Of a stretch of DNA of 64,000 nucleotides, positions 15,076 through 27,083 are shown piece after piece. Every line of letters starts with the position of its first letter. Position 1 is the stretch's first letter. This stretch comes from Octopus bimaculoides (lineage: Eukaryota): contig NC_068997.1 of NCBI RefSeq assembly GCF_001194135.2, positions 22,460,082 to 22,524,081 of the forward strand, read 5' to 3'. Position numbers and translations under genes: made by a program. The notes beneath the pieces were generated by a model, which worked only from the letters and a program-made list of their open reading frames with translations, was not told the DNA's origin and did no database searches.

Positions 15076-15110
<35 letters not shown>
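12953..15110. repeat. Long inverted repeat: arms 12953-13158 and 14924-15110
   Basis: 13006-13158 is the exact reverse complement of 14924-15076 (153 of 153 bases by manual comparison). The match continues outward as (TG)n against (CA)n after one mismatch. Confidence 0.95.
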
Positions 15111-15464
15111 NNNNNNNNNNNNNNNNNNNNNNNNNNNNNNNNNNNNNNNNNNNNNNNNNNNNNNNNNNNNNNNNNNNNNNNNNNNNNNNNNNNNNNNNNN
15201 NNNNNNNNNNNNNNNNNNNNNNNNNNNNNNNNNNNNNNNNNNNNNNNNNNNNNNNNNNNNNNNNNNNNNNNNNNNNNNNNNNNNNNNNNNNNNNNNNNNN
15301 NNNNNNNNNNNNNNNNNNNNNNNNNNNNNNNNNNNNNNNNNNNNNNNNNNNNNNNNNNNNNNNNNNNNNNNNNNGTGTTTATATACATATACTCATATAA
15401 ATTCATACATACATACATACATACATACATACATACATACATACATACATACAAACACACACAT

Positions 15465-15529
<65 letters not shown>

Positions 15530-15699
15530 AAACTTTACAGAAATAAAGTCTGAGATGATTAGGTCGGTCTTCGTAGTAAAAATTTAACCGGCGTTATATG
15601 CAACAAGAATGCATATATGCACTAAATGCCTATATAAGACGTTCTGCCATCGTATCTTTCGCAGTATTCTAACTTCTAGTACAACACCCACTTTAAATT

Positions 15700-16200
15700 G
15701 GAGATGATCACCACCGGGAATGATTAAATAACGAACAGCAAAGTACTTGGGAGTTGATATCAATGAAATACTTGCTTCCTCTGATTTGATGCTTTGTTTA
15801 TATGTTAGACATCAACTTCCGGTGTTGATAATAAATAAATAACCTTGAAGCACTGCAACCGATATGATCGATTATATAGCTTCCCAAACTATGAGATGAT
15901 ATAGCTACGCTAGATCTGAATATAAGAGGATGATAGAATAAATACATAGGAAGTATCGTTCTCAATATTTTTATATATTCTCTTCCTTCAAATGTGATGC
16001 CACATGCCTGTTAAAATTAATCAACTTCCGGGTTTGATAATCGATAGATACTACTAGAAGACTTCAAGTGTTATAATCGATTGTATCTCTTCCCAAAATC
16101 TGATGCTATGTGGCATTATTATTAAACAACTTCCGAGTTTGATAATAGATAAACAAAAATAAGTTACATGGATCGATATAATAACCAAATTGATTTTCTA
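15700..16200. repeat. Degenerate tandem array, about 105-bp period, five units
   Basis: A TGAT anchor recurs at 15721, 15826, 15931, 16035 and 16140. CTTCC recurs at 15775, 15880, 15982 and 16089. CAACTTCCG occurs at 15813, 16022 and 16127. Confidence 0.75.
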
Positions 16201-16235
16201 GGTTCTGTTTTTCAACGTTTTAGGATCTGTTTAAG

Positions 16236-16450
16236 GCGATGAGCTTGTAGCATCCTTAGCGCGCCAGGCAAAATACTTAGCGGCACTTCGTCCGTCTTTG
16301 TATTCTGAATTCAAATGCTGCCACGGTCGACTTAGCATTTAATCCTTCTGCTGTCGATAAAATAAAGACCAGTAGATCACTGAGGTCGATGTAATCAATT
16401 AATCCCTTTCTCCGAAATTTGTGGCCTTGTACCAAAATTTGAAACCAAAT
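16236..16450 (+). mobile_element. tRNA-derived SINE family B (core resembles the Deu/Nin SINE domain)
   Basis: GGCGATGAGCTTGTAGCATCCTTAGCGCGCCAGGCAAAATACTTAGCGG..TTCTGAATTCAAAT..GGTCGACTTAGCATTTAATCCTT..GTCGATAAAATAAAGACCAG..GGCCTTGTACCAAAATTTGAAACCA. The domain name is from memory. Confidence 0.8.
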
Positions 16451-16550
16451 ATTTTAGGAATTGTGTCTATGTTAGAAAATTATAAGCTGTTGTAATATTG
16501 TACTGACGTAAAAATAAGAGGAAGAGAAAATGAAAAGTAAACATATACAT

Positions 16551-16890
16551 GGGTACATGTGTGGCTGTGTGGTAAGATACTGTTTTCCTAACCACATAGT
16601 TCCGGGTACCATGTCGTATATATATATATATATTCTTATTCTATTAGTCACTTTTGTCGAACCGATATATTACGGTGCGTATGTGTGTGTGTGTGAGTGT
16701 GTGTGTGTGTGTATTTGTGTGTCTGTGTTTTTCCCCGCTCCCACCGCTTGACAACCGATGTTGGGGTGTTTAATAAGCCGATCGAATGAGTTCTAAGTTT
16801 ACAAAGAATTCCCGGGATCGATTTGTTCGACTAAAGGCGTTGCTCCAGCATGGCCACAGTCCAATGACTAAAACAGGTAAAAGAAAAAAA
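16551..16890 (+). mobile_element. SINE family A, plus-strand copy with internal microsatellite
   Basis: The head is GTGGCTGTGTGGTAAG..CCACATAGTTCCGGGT. The 3' part is TTGTTCGACTAAAGGCGTTGCTCCAGCATGGCCACAGTCCAATGACTAAAACAGGTAAAAG. Confidence 0.85.
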
Positions 16891-16923
16891 GGAAGAATGC
16901 ACGAACGTGCAGGTCCGTGCGCA

Positions 16924-16963
<40 letters not shown>

Positions 16964-17507
16964 CACATCAATGCTCACACTAACGCACGCACACACAGAG
17001 ATACGTGGGAGAGAGACACATGTCCACACCGGCATACAAACATGTAAATAGAGATATTTACATAGACATATAGTAGACAACGAGCTTAACTGAGCAGGAA
17101 TCGTTACAAATACTTGACTAGATAGACGATTAAGCTGGTTGGTTGGCCTGGCTTGCTGGCTGGCAGGCTGGCTGGCTGGCCGGCTGGCTGGTTGGCTGGT
17201 GATGGTGGTGGCAGTAGCAGTAGATATTAGTCTCTTTGAAAATATAAATTATACCAGTTAGCACAACCATATCTGTCTTCATAACCACACACAATGAACT
17301 ATATTACTAGATTATATATATAGCGAGAATACAAAGCATGTAGAAAATTAAGTAAACAAACAATTGTTACTTCTTTTGTAACATCAAGAAATTGAAGTCA
17401 CACGTTAAACTAAACATATAAAAGCTTATGCAGCCATTACAAAAAGAAAAACAAAAAACACACACATGCATACATACATACATACATACATACCTCCATA
17501 CATATTC

Positions 17508-17560
<53 letters not shown>

Positions 17561-17829
17561 TATATATGTAAGTATACGGGGTGTTTGTTAATGTTTATTA
17601 CATACTGTAAAATAAATGGCATGGATGATAGGTCACAAATGTTATATAGCAGTGATTTCTATGTGCTTTTGAAATGACTAATGTTGCTTCAGTTGAATTA
17701 CATAGCTGTTGATATTATTAGCCTAACGATGTATATATATATATATATTTTTTTTTTGACCATCAACAACAGTGCTGTTTTAATGGTACCACCACCACCA
17801 ACACTACTACCACTACTACTACTACTTCA

Positions 17830-17837
17830 GATGATGG

Positions 17838-17892
<55 letters not shown>
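17830..17892 (+). repeat. (ATG)n microsatellite
   Basis: Near-pure run. It explains the poly-M and poly-I track ORFs. Confidence 0.95.
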
Positions 17893-17893
<1 letters not shown>

Positions 17894-18670
17894 GCACCAA
17901 GAATAATGAACATTTCATTTTTAATAATGGGAATAATAATAATAATGATGATAATGATGGAGCGGAAGAAGTGGAAGATAGTGGTGGTTAGAATATTATA
18001 GTCAGAAATGTATTCATGCTTATAGAAGTTATTTCTACATGATTGTTCGCAATTGGTATGAAGTGTATGTACATAGTTGTATCTAGTAATAATAGCATGT
18101 AGACAAATATGCTTGTATATGTGTGTGCGTGTGTGTTTATGTATATATAAAATATGTATACACATATGTACATATTTATATATTTAGTTTTATGCATCTA
18201 TGTATATATGTATATATATATATATATGTATATATATGTCTGTATGTATATATATATATATATATATATATNNNNNNNNNNNNNNNNNNNNNNNNNNNNN
18301 NNNNNNNNNNNNNNNNNNNNNNNNNNNNNNNNNNNNNNNNNNNNNNNNNNNNNNNNNNNNNNNNNNNNNNNNNNNNNNNNNNNNNNNNNNNNNNNNNNNN
18401 NNNNNNNNNNNNNNNNNNNNNNNNNNNNNNNNNNNNNNNNNNNNNNNNNNNNNNNNNNNNNNNNNNNNNNNNNNNNNNNNNNNNNNNNNNNNNNNNNNNN
18501 NNNNNNNNNNNNNNNNNNNNNNNNNNNNNNNNNNNNNNNNNNNNNNNNNNNNNNNNNNNNNNNNNNNNNNNNNNNNNNNNNNNNNNNNNNNNNNNNNNNN
18601 NNNNNNNNNNNNNNNNNNNNNNNNNNNNNNNNNNNNNNNNNNNTAGATAGATAGATAGATAGATAGAAAT

Positions 18671-18707
<37 letters not shown>

Positions 18708-18789
18708 GTTTTCTCTTTATCTGCCCTTCTAACAACTTTAATAAGACTGTATTGCCTATTTTCATCCATCATTATCTCCCTTCCGTACC

Positions 18790-19047
18790 ATTCTTTTTAG
18801 CTCACTTCCTTATCATTATATTCATGCATATCTATCTATCCTTCTATCTATCTATCTATTCACCTATCTATCCATCTATTTACATCTCTATCTATCCATC
18901 TATTTACATCTCTATCTATCTATCTACGTACCTGCGTGCCTATCTGTCCGTGTATGTTTGTGTGTATATATCAGTCTCTTTCTCTCTCTACTGCTCACTC
19001 TATCTCTCTGTACATAAATGTATTTACTTTTCTACCTTACTATCAGT

Positions 19048-19114
<67 letters not shown>

Positions 19115-19235
19115 ACAGTCTGTCTGTCTGTCTGTCTGTCTGTCTCTGTCTCTCTCTCTCTCTCTGTCTATTTATCTAGCTACATAGCTATATATCTGTC
19201 TGTCTATCTTATCTCTCTCTCTCTCTCTATCTATA

Positions 19236-19281
<46 letters not shown>

Positions 19282-19345
19282 AAGATATGTGTGTGTGTCT
19301 ATGTTTGTATGTATGTATGTATGTATGTATGTGTGTGTGTACGTG
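18790..19345 (+). repeat. Compound (TATC)n/(TGTC)n/(TC)n/(TATG)n microsatellite field
   Basis: Direct reading. It is representative of many similar fields in the window. Confidence 0.9.
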
Positions 19346-19684
19346 TGTGTGTGTGTGTGTATAACTCTATTCTGGATATCCAAGCATCCGGATGTCTCAG
19401 TATGTATATGTCTCTGTCTGACTATCACAGTTACTTCTGTGTAGTATCAAGCACGTCTTATCCACCTAAGAAACCATCTGCTTTGTCAGCTTCAATTTTC
19501 CATTCTACAGCACTCTGTCTATTTTTTCTTATCCGTTTTCCTAGTTTTCTATCTTGCTGCTACCAATGTCGATTTAAAATATGACAGTACATATGTCTGT
19601 GTAAGTGTTTCATTCAACACACTGGTACACACACACGTACACTCACAAATATTCTCTCTCTCTCTCTCTATATATATATACCCT

Positions 19685-19895
19685 TTTAGTCTTTTATTCG
19701 TTTCAGTCATTTGACTGCGGCCATGCTGGAGCACCGCCTTTAGTCGAGCAAATCGACTCCAGGACTTATTCTTTGTAAGCCTAGTACTTATTTTATCGGT
19801 CTCTTTTGCCGAACCGCTAAGTTATGGGGACGTAAACACATCAGCATCGGTTGTCAAGCGATGTTGGAGGGACAAACACACACAGACACACACAC
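19685..19895 (-). mobile_element. SINE family A, 3' half, running into a gap
   Basis: CAGTCATTTGACTGCGGCCATGCTGGAGCACCGCCTTTAGTCGAGCAAATCGAC..GCCGAACCGCTAAG..TCGGTTGTCAAGCG is co-linear with 12720-12880. Confidence 0.9.
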
Positions 19896-20786
19896 ACATA
19901 TANNNNNNNNNNNNNNNNNNNNNNNNNNNNNNNNNNNNNNNNNNNNNNNNNNNNNNNNNNNNNNNNNNNNNNNNNNNNNNNNNNNNNNNNNNNNNNNNNN
20001 NNNNNNNNNNNNNNNNNNNNNNNNNNNNNNNNNNNNNNNNNNNNNNNNNNNNNNNNNNNNNNNNNNNNNNNNNNNNNNNNNNNNNNNNNNNNNNNNNNNN
20101 NNNNNNNNNNNNNNNNNNNNNNNNNNNNNNNNNNNNNNNNNNNNNNNNNNNNNNNNNNNNNNNNNNNNNNNNNNNNNNNNNNNNNNNNNNNNNNNNNNNN
20201 NNNNNNNNNNNNNNNNNNNNNNNNNNNNNNNNNNNNNNNNNNNNNNNNNNNNNNNNNNNNNNNNNNNNNNNNNNNNNNNNNNNNNNNNNNNNNNNNNNNN
20301 NNNNNNNNNNNNNNNNNNNNNNNNNNNNNNNNNNNNNNNNNNNNNNNNNNNNNNNNNNNNNNNNNNNNNNNNNNNNNNNNNNNNNNNNNNNNNNNNNNNN
20401 NNNNNNNNNNNNNNNNNNNNNNNNNNNNNNNNNNNNNNNNNNNNNNNNNNNNNNNNNNNNNNNNNNNNNNNNNNNNNNNNNNNNNNNNNNNNNNNNNNNN
20501 NNNNNNNNNNNNNNNNNNNNNNNNNNNNNNNNNNNNNNNNNNNNNNNNNNNNNNNNNNNNNNNNNNNNNNNNNNNNNNNNNNNNNNNNNNNNNNNNNNNN
20601 NNNNNNNNNNNNNNNNNNNNNNNNNNNNNNNNNNNNNNNNNNNNNNNNNNNNNNNNNNNNNNNNNNNNNNNNNNNNNNNNNNNNNNNNNNNNNNNNNNNN
20701 NNNNNNNNNNNNNNNNNNNNNNNNNNNNNNNNNNNNNNNNNNNNNNNNNNNNNNNNNNNNNNNNNNNNNNNNNNNNNNNNTATATA

Positions 20787-20817
<31 letters not shown>

Positions 20818-21069
20818 GTGTGTGTGTGTGTGTGTGTGTGTTACTCTTTTACATTTATTTATAACAACTATAAGTGCTCATATCAATCCCATTTATGCAT
20901 GTGTATGTGTATATCAACAAATGTATTGACATAAGTCTAATTAAATCTGTGTGTATGTTTCTTTTCCGCACAATAAGCAGTTTTGGTTTGTTTACGCTTC
21001 TCTGACTTAGAGGTTCGGCACGAGAGATCGATACGATATGCACGACATGACTTTAAAAATGATTAAGTA

Positions 21070-21165
21070 CTGGAGACAATTTGTTCGACTAAACTCTTCA
21101 AGGCGGTGCCCTACCCAACATAGTCGGAAGTCGAAACTCATTCAATGGAACAATAAAAAAAAGAT
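21070..21165 (+). mobile_element. SINE family A, 3' fragment
   Basis: ATTTGTTCGACTAAACTCTTCAAGGCGGTGCCC..GGAACAATAAAAAAA. Confidence 0.55.
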
Positions 21166-21746
21166 TGATTGTATAGTACAGTATTGCACAAAAATATATA
21201 CACTCGCATAACATACATATACGCATGTATATATTTAATGATAAATTATCGTTCGCTTCAACAAATCGGAAAGAAGCATGTGAGCGAATCCATATACACC
21301 ATCAGACGGTATATTACAAGAGAATCCTTCTTTGCCTGAGGCCGAAAACTAAGAGAAAAAATATATTAAAAGATAAAATGTAAAATATAAAGAATAAAGC
21401 AAAACTGCGATCTAATCACTGAAGTAAATTTATTTCTCTGCGACAGTAATTACATATTCGATTCTGGAGACATATTTATTCATTATCTATGCTCAACTGC
21501 TCAATTATATTATTGTACAGGTCTCTGTCTTTAGAGGGCGGTGATACCGTGGCACCGATCAGAATTCTTTTCCTTTTTTTTTTCTGACAAATATATTACC
21601 TCTGGTACTTAGTACCTTGTAAAATATTTGGCTACTCTTATGGCAAGCCAGGAAACATCATATTGATTGGAAGATATCTATACAGAGTTCAAATGTTTAA
21701 CCGTTCCCTCCTTCTCTCTCTTTTTATCTCTCTATCAATCTATGTT

Positions 21747-21784
<38 letters not shown>

Positions 21785-22154
21785 NNNNNNNNNNNNNNNN
21801 NNNNNNNNNNNNNNNNNNNNNNNNNNNNNNNNNNNNNNNNNNNNNNNNNNNNNNNNNNNNNNNNNNNNNNNNNNNNNNNNNNNNNNNNNNNNNNNNNNNN
21901 NNNNNNNNNNNNNNNNNNNNNNNNNNNNNNNNNNNNNNNNNNNNNNNNNNNNNNNNNNNNNNNNNNNNNNNNNNNNNNNNNNNNNNNNNNNNNNNNNNNN
22001 NNNNNNNNNNNNNNNNNNNNNNNNNNNNNNNNNNNNNNNNNNNNNNNNNNNNNNNNNNNNNNNNNNNNNNNNNNNNNNNNNNNNNNNNNNNNNNNNNNNN
22101 NNNNNNNNNNNNNNNNNNNNNNNNNNNNNNNNNNNNNNNNNNNNNNNNNNNNNN

Positions 22155-22219
<65 letters not shown>

Positions 22220-22222
<3 letters not shown>

Positions 22223-23100
22223 GCGTGTTTCTGGGCACGGGCGATGTCGTGTTGGAACACATGATTTCGATGCCGTGCAAAGTATGACACAATGTGAGGC
22301 CTCAACACTTAGTCGATGTAGCAAGCAGCTACTCCATTACTCCAGCCTTGGCCGATGCTTTGTAAGATTACCGGTCCAAGTTTCTAACTTAGTGCAATTC
22401 CGCTCCATACCATGATGCTCTGTCCTCCTCATGAGTTTCACTCTACCACACATCCATCAGCGTGATGTTCAGTCCTTCTCCAAATTCTAGCTCTGCCATC
22501 TGCCACAGAGATGTAATACCGACTTTTGTCTAAGAAGACTACAGTCTTCCGCCGCTGATATCGCCAGTTCTGACATTTTTGAGCCCACTGCATCTGTGAG
22601 GATGGGGCCCCTAGGCGAACGTTGACAAGACAGATTGAAAGATCTCAGCCGGCGGCGAACTGTCTCTGCACAAATGAGTCTGTGGTGAGTCCTTACGGTC
22701 TGCTTAGCTGATTCCGTTGCCCTACAGAACCGGTTCTGCATCTGCTGTCGTGAAGGTGGCAATCTTTACGGGCCGTTGTAAGTCTCGGCCGGCTACTGAG
22801 TGGACTTTCATCCGTGCTGTTTCTGGCATTATATCGTTCCCTCAGCCGCTCAATTGTCCGAATACTGCAGTTCATATCATTAGCAATGATCCATGTACAT
22901 TGACCGGTATGGAGACGTCCGATTGCGTGTTACGTGTGGAGCGCTTTTGAAACAGAGACTAATCGTCATCCGAATCCATCTACACGACTTTAGTCGCTTC
23001 GAGGGTGTGTACGGTGAGCAAATTTATTACCAGACAGCCCCGTCTGCGCACATGCTGTATGGATTAATGTATTTTAATTCCAATTCACATTCCTTGTATA
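22220..23100 (-). pseudogene. Tc1-family (DD34E-type) transposase fossil, 3' part lost at a (CA)n tract and gap
   Basis: The minus strand reads HAIGRLHTGQ..MNCSIRTIERLRERYNARNSTDESPLSSRPRLTTARKD, then NRFCRATESAKQTVRTHHRLICAETVRRRLRSFNL..GPILT. It continues TVVFLDKSRYYISVADGRARIWRR, SIMVWSGIA and VLRPHIVSYFARHRNHVFQHDIARA, with frameshifts and stops. Confidence 0.9.
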
Positions 23101-25618
23101 GCTATATTTAAACGGAGATAATGATTGTAGCTGTTTAATCTCCAGGTCAAAACTGATCAAACAGATCTATAATTAAGAGACGTTTCAAACATGACCATCT
23201 CTCTTTTACGACAAGATATATGATATTATATTTAAGGTATTTAGCTGCTATTTCTAGCTTGTTGAGATACTGCATAGATACTTGCTACTTTAACTGTTTC
23301 ATATATTCTTGTAAAATTTAGTTTCAGTAGATGTGTTATTATGTGATGTGATAAGCATAGCCCATGCCACAACTTTTGCAGGTGTTTACCATGAAGGGAA
23401 GACCGTGACGTAACAACAGGGTTATCAAGTACAAGCGAGTTATATATCGACGATGATGTGAAGATCAATGGGGCTTTATCAAATAATCGATATTGAGTTA
23501 CGAAGTATGTTTTGATGTTTTTATGGCAAACGTATTTGAGATTTTGATGTGTTGGTCTGATTCTCTGTTGTGTGTATCTGTGACTGAGTGTCCGTCTGTG
23601 TTCATGTGTGTGTGCGTGTGCGTGTGTGTGTTTGTCTGTGTGTGTGTGTGTGTGTGTGCGCGCGCGCGTGTGACTGTTCTCTGCTGAGAACGTAAGCGTT
23701 CTCTACTAATTTTGTTTGAATAAATGCAAAATATGGCACACAGTAGATAAAGGGCGATTAGCGGTCGTATATATANNNNNNNNNNNNNNNNNNNNNNNNN
23801 NNNNNNNNNNNNNNNNNNNNNNNNNNNNNNNNNNNNNNNNNNNNNNNNNNNNNNNNNNNNNNNNNNNNNNNNNNNNNNNNNNNNNNNNNNNNNNNNNNNN
23901 NNNNNNNNNNNNNNNNNNNNNNNNNNNNNNNNNNNNNNNNNNNNNNNNNNNNNNNNNNNNNNNNNNNNNNNNNNNNNNNNNNNNNNNNNNNNNNNNNNNN
24001 NNNNNNNNNNNNNNNNNNNNNNNNNNNNNNNNNNNNNNNNNNNNNNNNNNNNNNNNNNNNNNNNNNNNNNNNNNNNNNNNNNNNNNNNNNNNNNNNNNNN
24101 NNNNNNNNNNNNNNNNNNNNNNNNNNNNNNNNNNNNNNNNNNNNNNNNNNNNNNNNNNNNNNNNNNNNNNNNNNNNNNNNNNNNNNNNNNNNNNNNNNNN
24201 NNNNNNNNNNNNNNNNNNNNNNNNNNNNNNNNNNNNNNNNNNNNNNNNNNNNNNNNNNNNNNNNNNNNNNNNNNNNNNNNNNNNNNNNNNNNNNNNNNNN
24301 NNNNNNNNNNNNNNNNNNNNNNNNNNNNNNNNNNNNNNNNNNNNNNNNNNNNNNNNNNNNNNNNNNNNNNNNNNNNNNNNNNNNNNNNNNNNNNNNTATA
24401 TATATATATATATATATATATATGTTAAATCTCTGAACGAGGTAATAACAGTAACTGCACTACAACGTGGAGTATACTTGCCACTTAAATGCGGCTAAAC
24501 CCTAAGGGTGGATGATAATGTACAAACCCCCGGTATATATATCTTCAATCAACAACCTCACGATATTGTATACTGTGCAACGTCTATAATAATAATAATG
24601 ATAATACTAATAATAATGATTGTTTCAAAGTTAGGTACAATCCCAGTAATTCTAAGAAGGGTCGTTCAATCGTTATCATCAACCACAATAGTTGAACAAG
24701 GAACACGAGAAAGAAAAACATATCAACAATGACGGCGACGACGGCCATAACACGAACCGCGATGGCGACGACAATAAAAATATTGAATTTGTTGTCGTCT
24801 GCAACAGCAACTCAAACGCAAAATGCTGTTTTTTTTGTTTTTTTTTTTTTGTTTGTGTGAATTCGTGCAGTCAGTGATTTATACATACACGCAGGCACAC
24901 TTACAACTACGCGCACAGAAGCAAAAAAACAAATACACACACATACATAGTTGTTTGAAAGGGAATTAACTAAATATTCGTGTGTGTGTGTCATTATGTA
25001 TGGGGGGGGGGCTTGTTCAGGTAGGTGGTTATGGATCAATTATAGATGAAAGATCACACAGAAGTCAGAGATGAAGAAAGACCTCTTACACGCCGTTGTT
25101 GCAAATGTTACATTTTAAGTTAATGCTTTCTGCCATCTGGCAAAACATTTTATTAATGTTGATAACAATTCTTCAAGTCCTCCTCCCATGTGAATAAAAT
25201 CGATGATCCACTGAATAACACCTGATTGATTATATAAAAGGTGATAGCGAATCATTACACAAGCTTCAGATGAATTATATATGCTTCGTGATATATAGGA
25301 GATGCAAAAAATAAAGCAACAACATTATAATCTTACAAATGCCTACACATAAACAAACACATTGAAATATAAACATGGTGGTTTCGACTACAACAAAGAA
25401 ATGATTTGCAATAATTGTTCCGGATCTTTGCATTTTGAGTTCAAATTTTGGTGTCGAGGTCAAGTTCAACTGTTCAACCGTTTAGTATTGATTAAGAAAA
25501 TATGAACTATCTCTGTGGAGCTGGGGTACCGTCGATTCTCACCCTCACACACTTTCTCTCTGTTTCTTTCTCTTATATATATATATATATATATATACAT
25601 ACACTTATTCTAACTTAC

Positions 25619-25812
25619 GAATTTAAGTTCTCTGCGATGTGAGAGTGTCTTGAGGCATCGCTTATAGCGTTGTTCCCTATCTCCAAGATATGAACGAAGT
25701 TTGAAAGAGAGGGTAGATATTTTTCGTTTCATCTTTAATGAAAACCGTCCACAAGATAGCGGACGTGACGAAATTTTGAGACTATAACAGAAATTGTAAC
25801 GCAAATGACCAA
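25619..25812 (-). CDS. Candidate 194-nt exon (GHLRYNFCYSLKISSRPLSCGRFSLKMKRKISTLSFKLRSYLGDREQRYKRCLKTLSHRRELKF)
   Basis: Acceptor AATTCAATTTCAG|TTGG and donor AAATTC|GTAAGT. Only the phase-1 frame is open across the whole exon. Confidence 0.28.
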
Positions 25813-25822
25813 CTGAAATTGA

Positions 25823-25873
<51 letters not shown>

Positions 25874-26242
25874 GCGTGCGTGCGTGCGTGCGTGTGCGTG
25901 TGTTTGTGTGTATGTGTATAACACATTTAAAATGATAGATTATATGGTTCATCATTGTCTATTTTGTTATTATTTTATACATGACTGGGTGAACACATTC
26001 ATTACATGATTTGTTTGTACACAGAATTCCCAGATGACTTTTTACCGTAATAATATGTGATAATAGATTCTGATTGGATATCGGGCTGTTTTCTTCCATG
26101 TTTGAGCCAAATTCCCTATTAACATGGTATCATATCTATTTTCTGTATCTTACATCGTCTTCCGTTGTAGACTTTATTTTATTCCTTCCTAAATACATCG
26201 ACACAGCCGGTGTAGTTAACAATTTCATTTGATTTGCTATAC

Positions 26243-26390
26243 CTACAATAGTATATGATAGTTTGCCATGAAAAATGTTGGATTGACAGAATCCAGAGGA
26301 GTGTCTAGCAACAAACCATATTGTGTTACGTCTCCACTTTTTGGGTTCTAATTCTGCTAGGATCTTTGTTTCATCTTTTAAAAATGCATC
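26243..26390 (-). CDS. Candidate 148-nt exon (DAFLKDETKILAELEPKKWRRNTIWFVARHSSGFCQSNIFHGKLSYTIV)
   Basis: Only phase 0 is open. The acceptor TATTCTGCAAG and donor GTATAG are both weak. Confidence 0.22.
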
Positions 26391-27046
26391 CTTGCAGAAT
26401 ACATATTGCGCAATGCAAAAGTTTTCCTATTATTCATTAATTTCCCTCCCATTACTTTCACGCTAAAACTTCAGCAATTTATCTTTCTCTGTGTTTATGC
26501 CAAACATTGTGATAGTTACCACACTGGAATTCGCCGCAGTGACATGCCACCAACAAGCTTTCGTAGTAATAAATTCGTTGTCTCTGATATCACAAATGAC
26601 ACACAGTTCCTCTTTCGTTTCTCAGTGTTAGGTATTGGGGAATCTGCAGCTCTTTTCAACATTTCCAATGTGACAAAATCACAAAACATTGAAAAAATAT
26701 CAGCACGCAGCAGAAGCACATCTTCCTGGGACGAGCTTCGAGTCACAAGCTGCATGAGTTGAGTGTGGGACAATTTTGGTTATGTTTGGTGTCAACTGTA
26801 CGGCGTGTGTTGAGTTTAGGTCACATCTGGCTCAATATGGTGTCAAATACAAGAGGTGTTATGGAGACGAACTTCGTGAACAATCTGTCGGTTTTTGTAA
26901 CTTTGCGATTGACAGAATTTCGAATAAGAGATCGTGAATTTGTACCAACATGTTCTTGAATAACCGCAAATCGCGAATGCGCATATCTACAATCAGAGAC
27001 GTTGCGTTGATGACTACACCGTGTTTTCTCCACATATGTTTTATTT

Positions 27047-27083
<37 letters not shown>

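Noticed and set aside
15700-16200. Calling the 105-bp array a PPR, ankyrin or LRR gene
   Set aside because: Every frame has several stops, and the diagnostic residues (ankyrin TPLH, for example) are absent. It is kept only as a hypothesis in the findings.
26406-26762. Plus-strand 118-aa ORF with an FN3-like stretch (FVVSDITNDTQFLFRFSVLGIGES)
   Set aside because: The conserved FN3 Trp and Tyr are missing and splice support is weak. It overlaps equally long frames on the other strand.
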